From Lama glama (lineage: Eukaryota), in contig CM052832.1 in assembly GCA_028534125.1 (NCBI GenBank), forward strand, positions 7,690,001 to 7,754,000: a stretch of 64,000 bases of DNA. The letters run 5' to 3'. Below, piece after piece: positions 62,831-64,000 of this stretch; position 1 is the first letter of the stretch, and each line of letters opens with the position of its first letter. The position numbers were made by a program, and so were the translations under genes. Under the pieces are notes generated by a model. The model saw nothing but the letters and a program-made list of their open reading frames with translations. It was not told the DNA's origin and did no database searches.

Positions 62831-63189
62831 TCTGTCTTCACACAAAGTTGCATTTCTTCCTGGGCTGACCCTGGGCTGGGCTGACGCCTTGGCCTGCAGG
62901 AGGGGTCGGCAGCCAGAGGAGCAGGGGGTTCTGAGAAGGGGTCTGCATAACCCAGGCAGGAAGCAGGGGTGCCTGGAGTCCCGAGAGACAGGCAATCCTG
63001 AGATCTTGCGAGCCCACGGTAGGTGGCTGGGCTAAAAGCACAGGCCAGGGCCTGGGGGGAGGGGCTGGCACAGAAGGGAGGGCCTTGGTCCCTGAGCAAC
63101 AGGATTCAGGTTGAAGGAAGTCAGGAAGGAGAAAAGCAGGCAGGCCTGGGAGGGTTGGGGGAGCCTTTAGCTCTAAAACAAAGCATCCA

Positions 63190-63390
63190 ATCCCCGGGTG
63201 CTGGGAGCTGTGCTAAAGCCTTTACAGCTGTCGTTGCTAACCCACAAAGCAAGCCTGAGAGGTACTTATCCTCCCAACTAATAGATAAGGAAACTGAGGT
63301 TCCCAGTGGTAGGGTGACTTCCTCAGAGCCCCAGGCTAGTAAACAGCTGGCCAGGACTCAAATCAGGTGTGTCTGCCTCCAAGTTCTGTG
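63190..63390 (-). mobile_element. MIR SINE
   Basis: 'gaggtacttatcctcccaactaatagataaggaaactgagg...ggccaggactcaaatcagg'. Confidence 0.75.
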
Positions 63391-63639
63391 ATGGTTCCCC
63401 TTCTCCCCACAACTTGAGCCAACAGGTGAGGGGCCTTGGGCTGTGCCCTGGGCCCTTGGTTCTGGGGCAGGTAGAACCCAAGTCCTGTCTTGGCTGCCGA
63501 CTCCCAGCTCAGGGTGAGTGTCTGTGGCTGACCTGAGTCCAGGGTCTGCCATGTTGGCTCTGGGAAGAAAATCAGCTCCTAGGGGTTGTTGGTAATTGGG
63601 TCTGTCCATTCCCACCTCAGGGACACTGCCCTGCTCTGG

Positions 63640-63925
63640 AATATTCTCCCCCCAGGTTTCAATATGGGACTCAGTTCAGGTTTTGGAGAAGCTCCCCAAC
63701 CTCCCATCCAAAGTCATCCCCAGACCCTCTCCACCTCCTTAACCTATGTATTTTCTTCAAGGCACTGGCCTGAAATTTCTCCGTTCCTTTAATCATTCGT
63801 TATTTATTGTCTGCATCCTCCCCCAGCATGACAGAGCCAGTGTGTCTGTCCCGCCCTCCATGAACTTCTGGCACCCAGATCAGGGATCACACAGCCATCG
63901 TCCACCAAAGATCTGGTGAATGACG
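63640..63925 (+). mobile_element. L2 3' fragment
   Basis: 'ctctggaatattctcccccc...tcagttcagg...tttattgtctgcatcctcccc...atctggtgaatga'. Confidence 0.6.
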
Positions 63926-64000
63926 GGGGCAGACTGAATACCAGCCCAGATCATCTTTATCCATTTTGATGCCCCTCTTTCTGCAACCACCTCACCAAGC

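Noticed and set aside
1..64000. Assigning a host or neighbouring gene symbol
   Set aside because: No exon with a recognisable translation was found; locus identity needs a BLAST or liftOver search.

Overview
Non-coding mammalian genomic DNA, almost certainly camelid: it carries five copies of a tRNA-Ala-derived Vic-1-type SINE and lineage-type L1 3' ends. No protein-coding gene, rRNA, functional tRNA, CRISPR array or prokaryotic element can be supported. The ORF track consists of chance ORFs and degraded retroelement frames. A large part of the window is interspersed repeats: young and old L1, L2, MIR, MaLR/ERVL LTRs and a Tigger5/MER47 DNA transposon. It also holds a complete but coding-dead ERV1-class provirus at 40990-46182 on the minus strand, with two LTRs, a 4-bp TSD, a PPT and a degenerate PBS. 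Between the repeats lie repeat-poor blocks rich in homeobox/FOX/MEIS motifs that look like developmental enhancer territory (a gene desert or large intron); I could not identify the host locus. There are three N gaps, one of which is a false gap with overlapping flanks. I found no convincing new biological system. The best leads are the CpG-rich leader/5' LTR of the old ERV, a compound templated-insertion scar at about 34.07-34.30 kb, and several unusual retrotransposition products. Repeat subfamily names are recalled from consensus sequences and were not checked by search.
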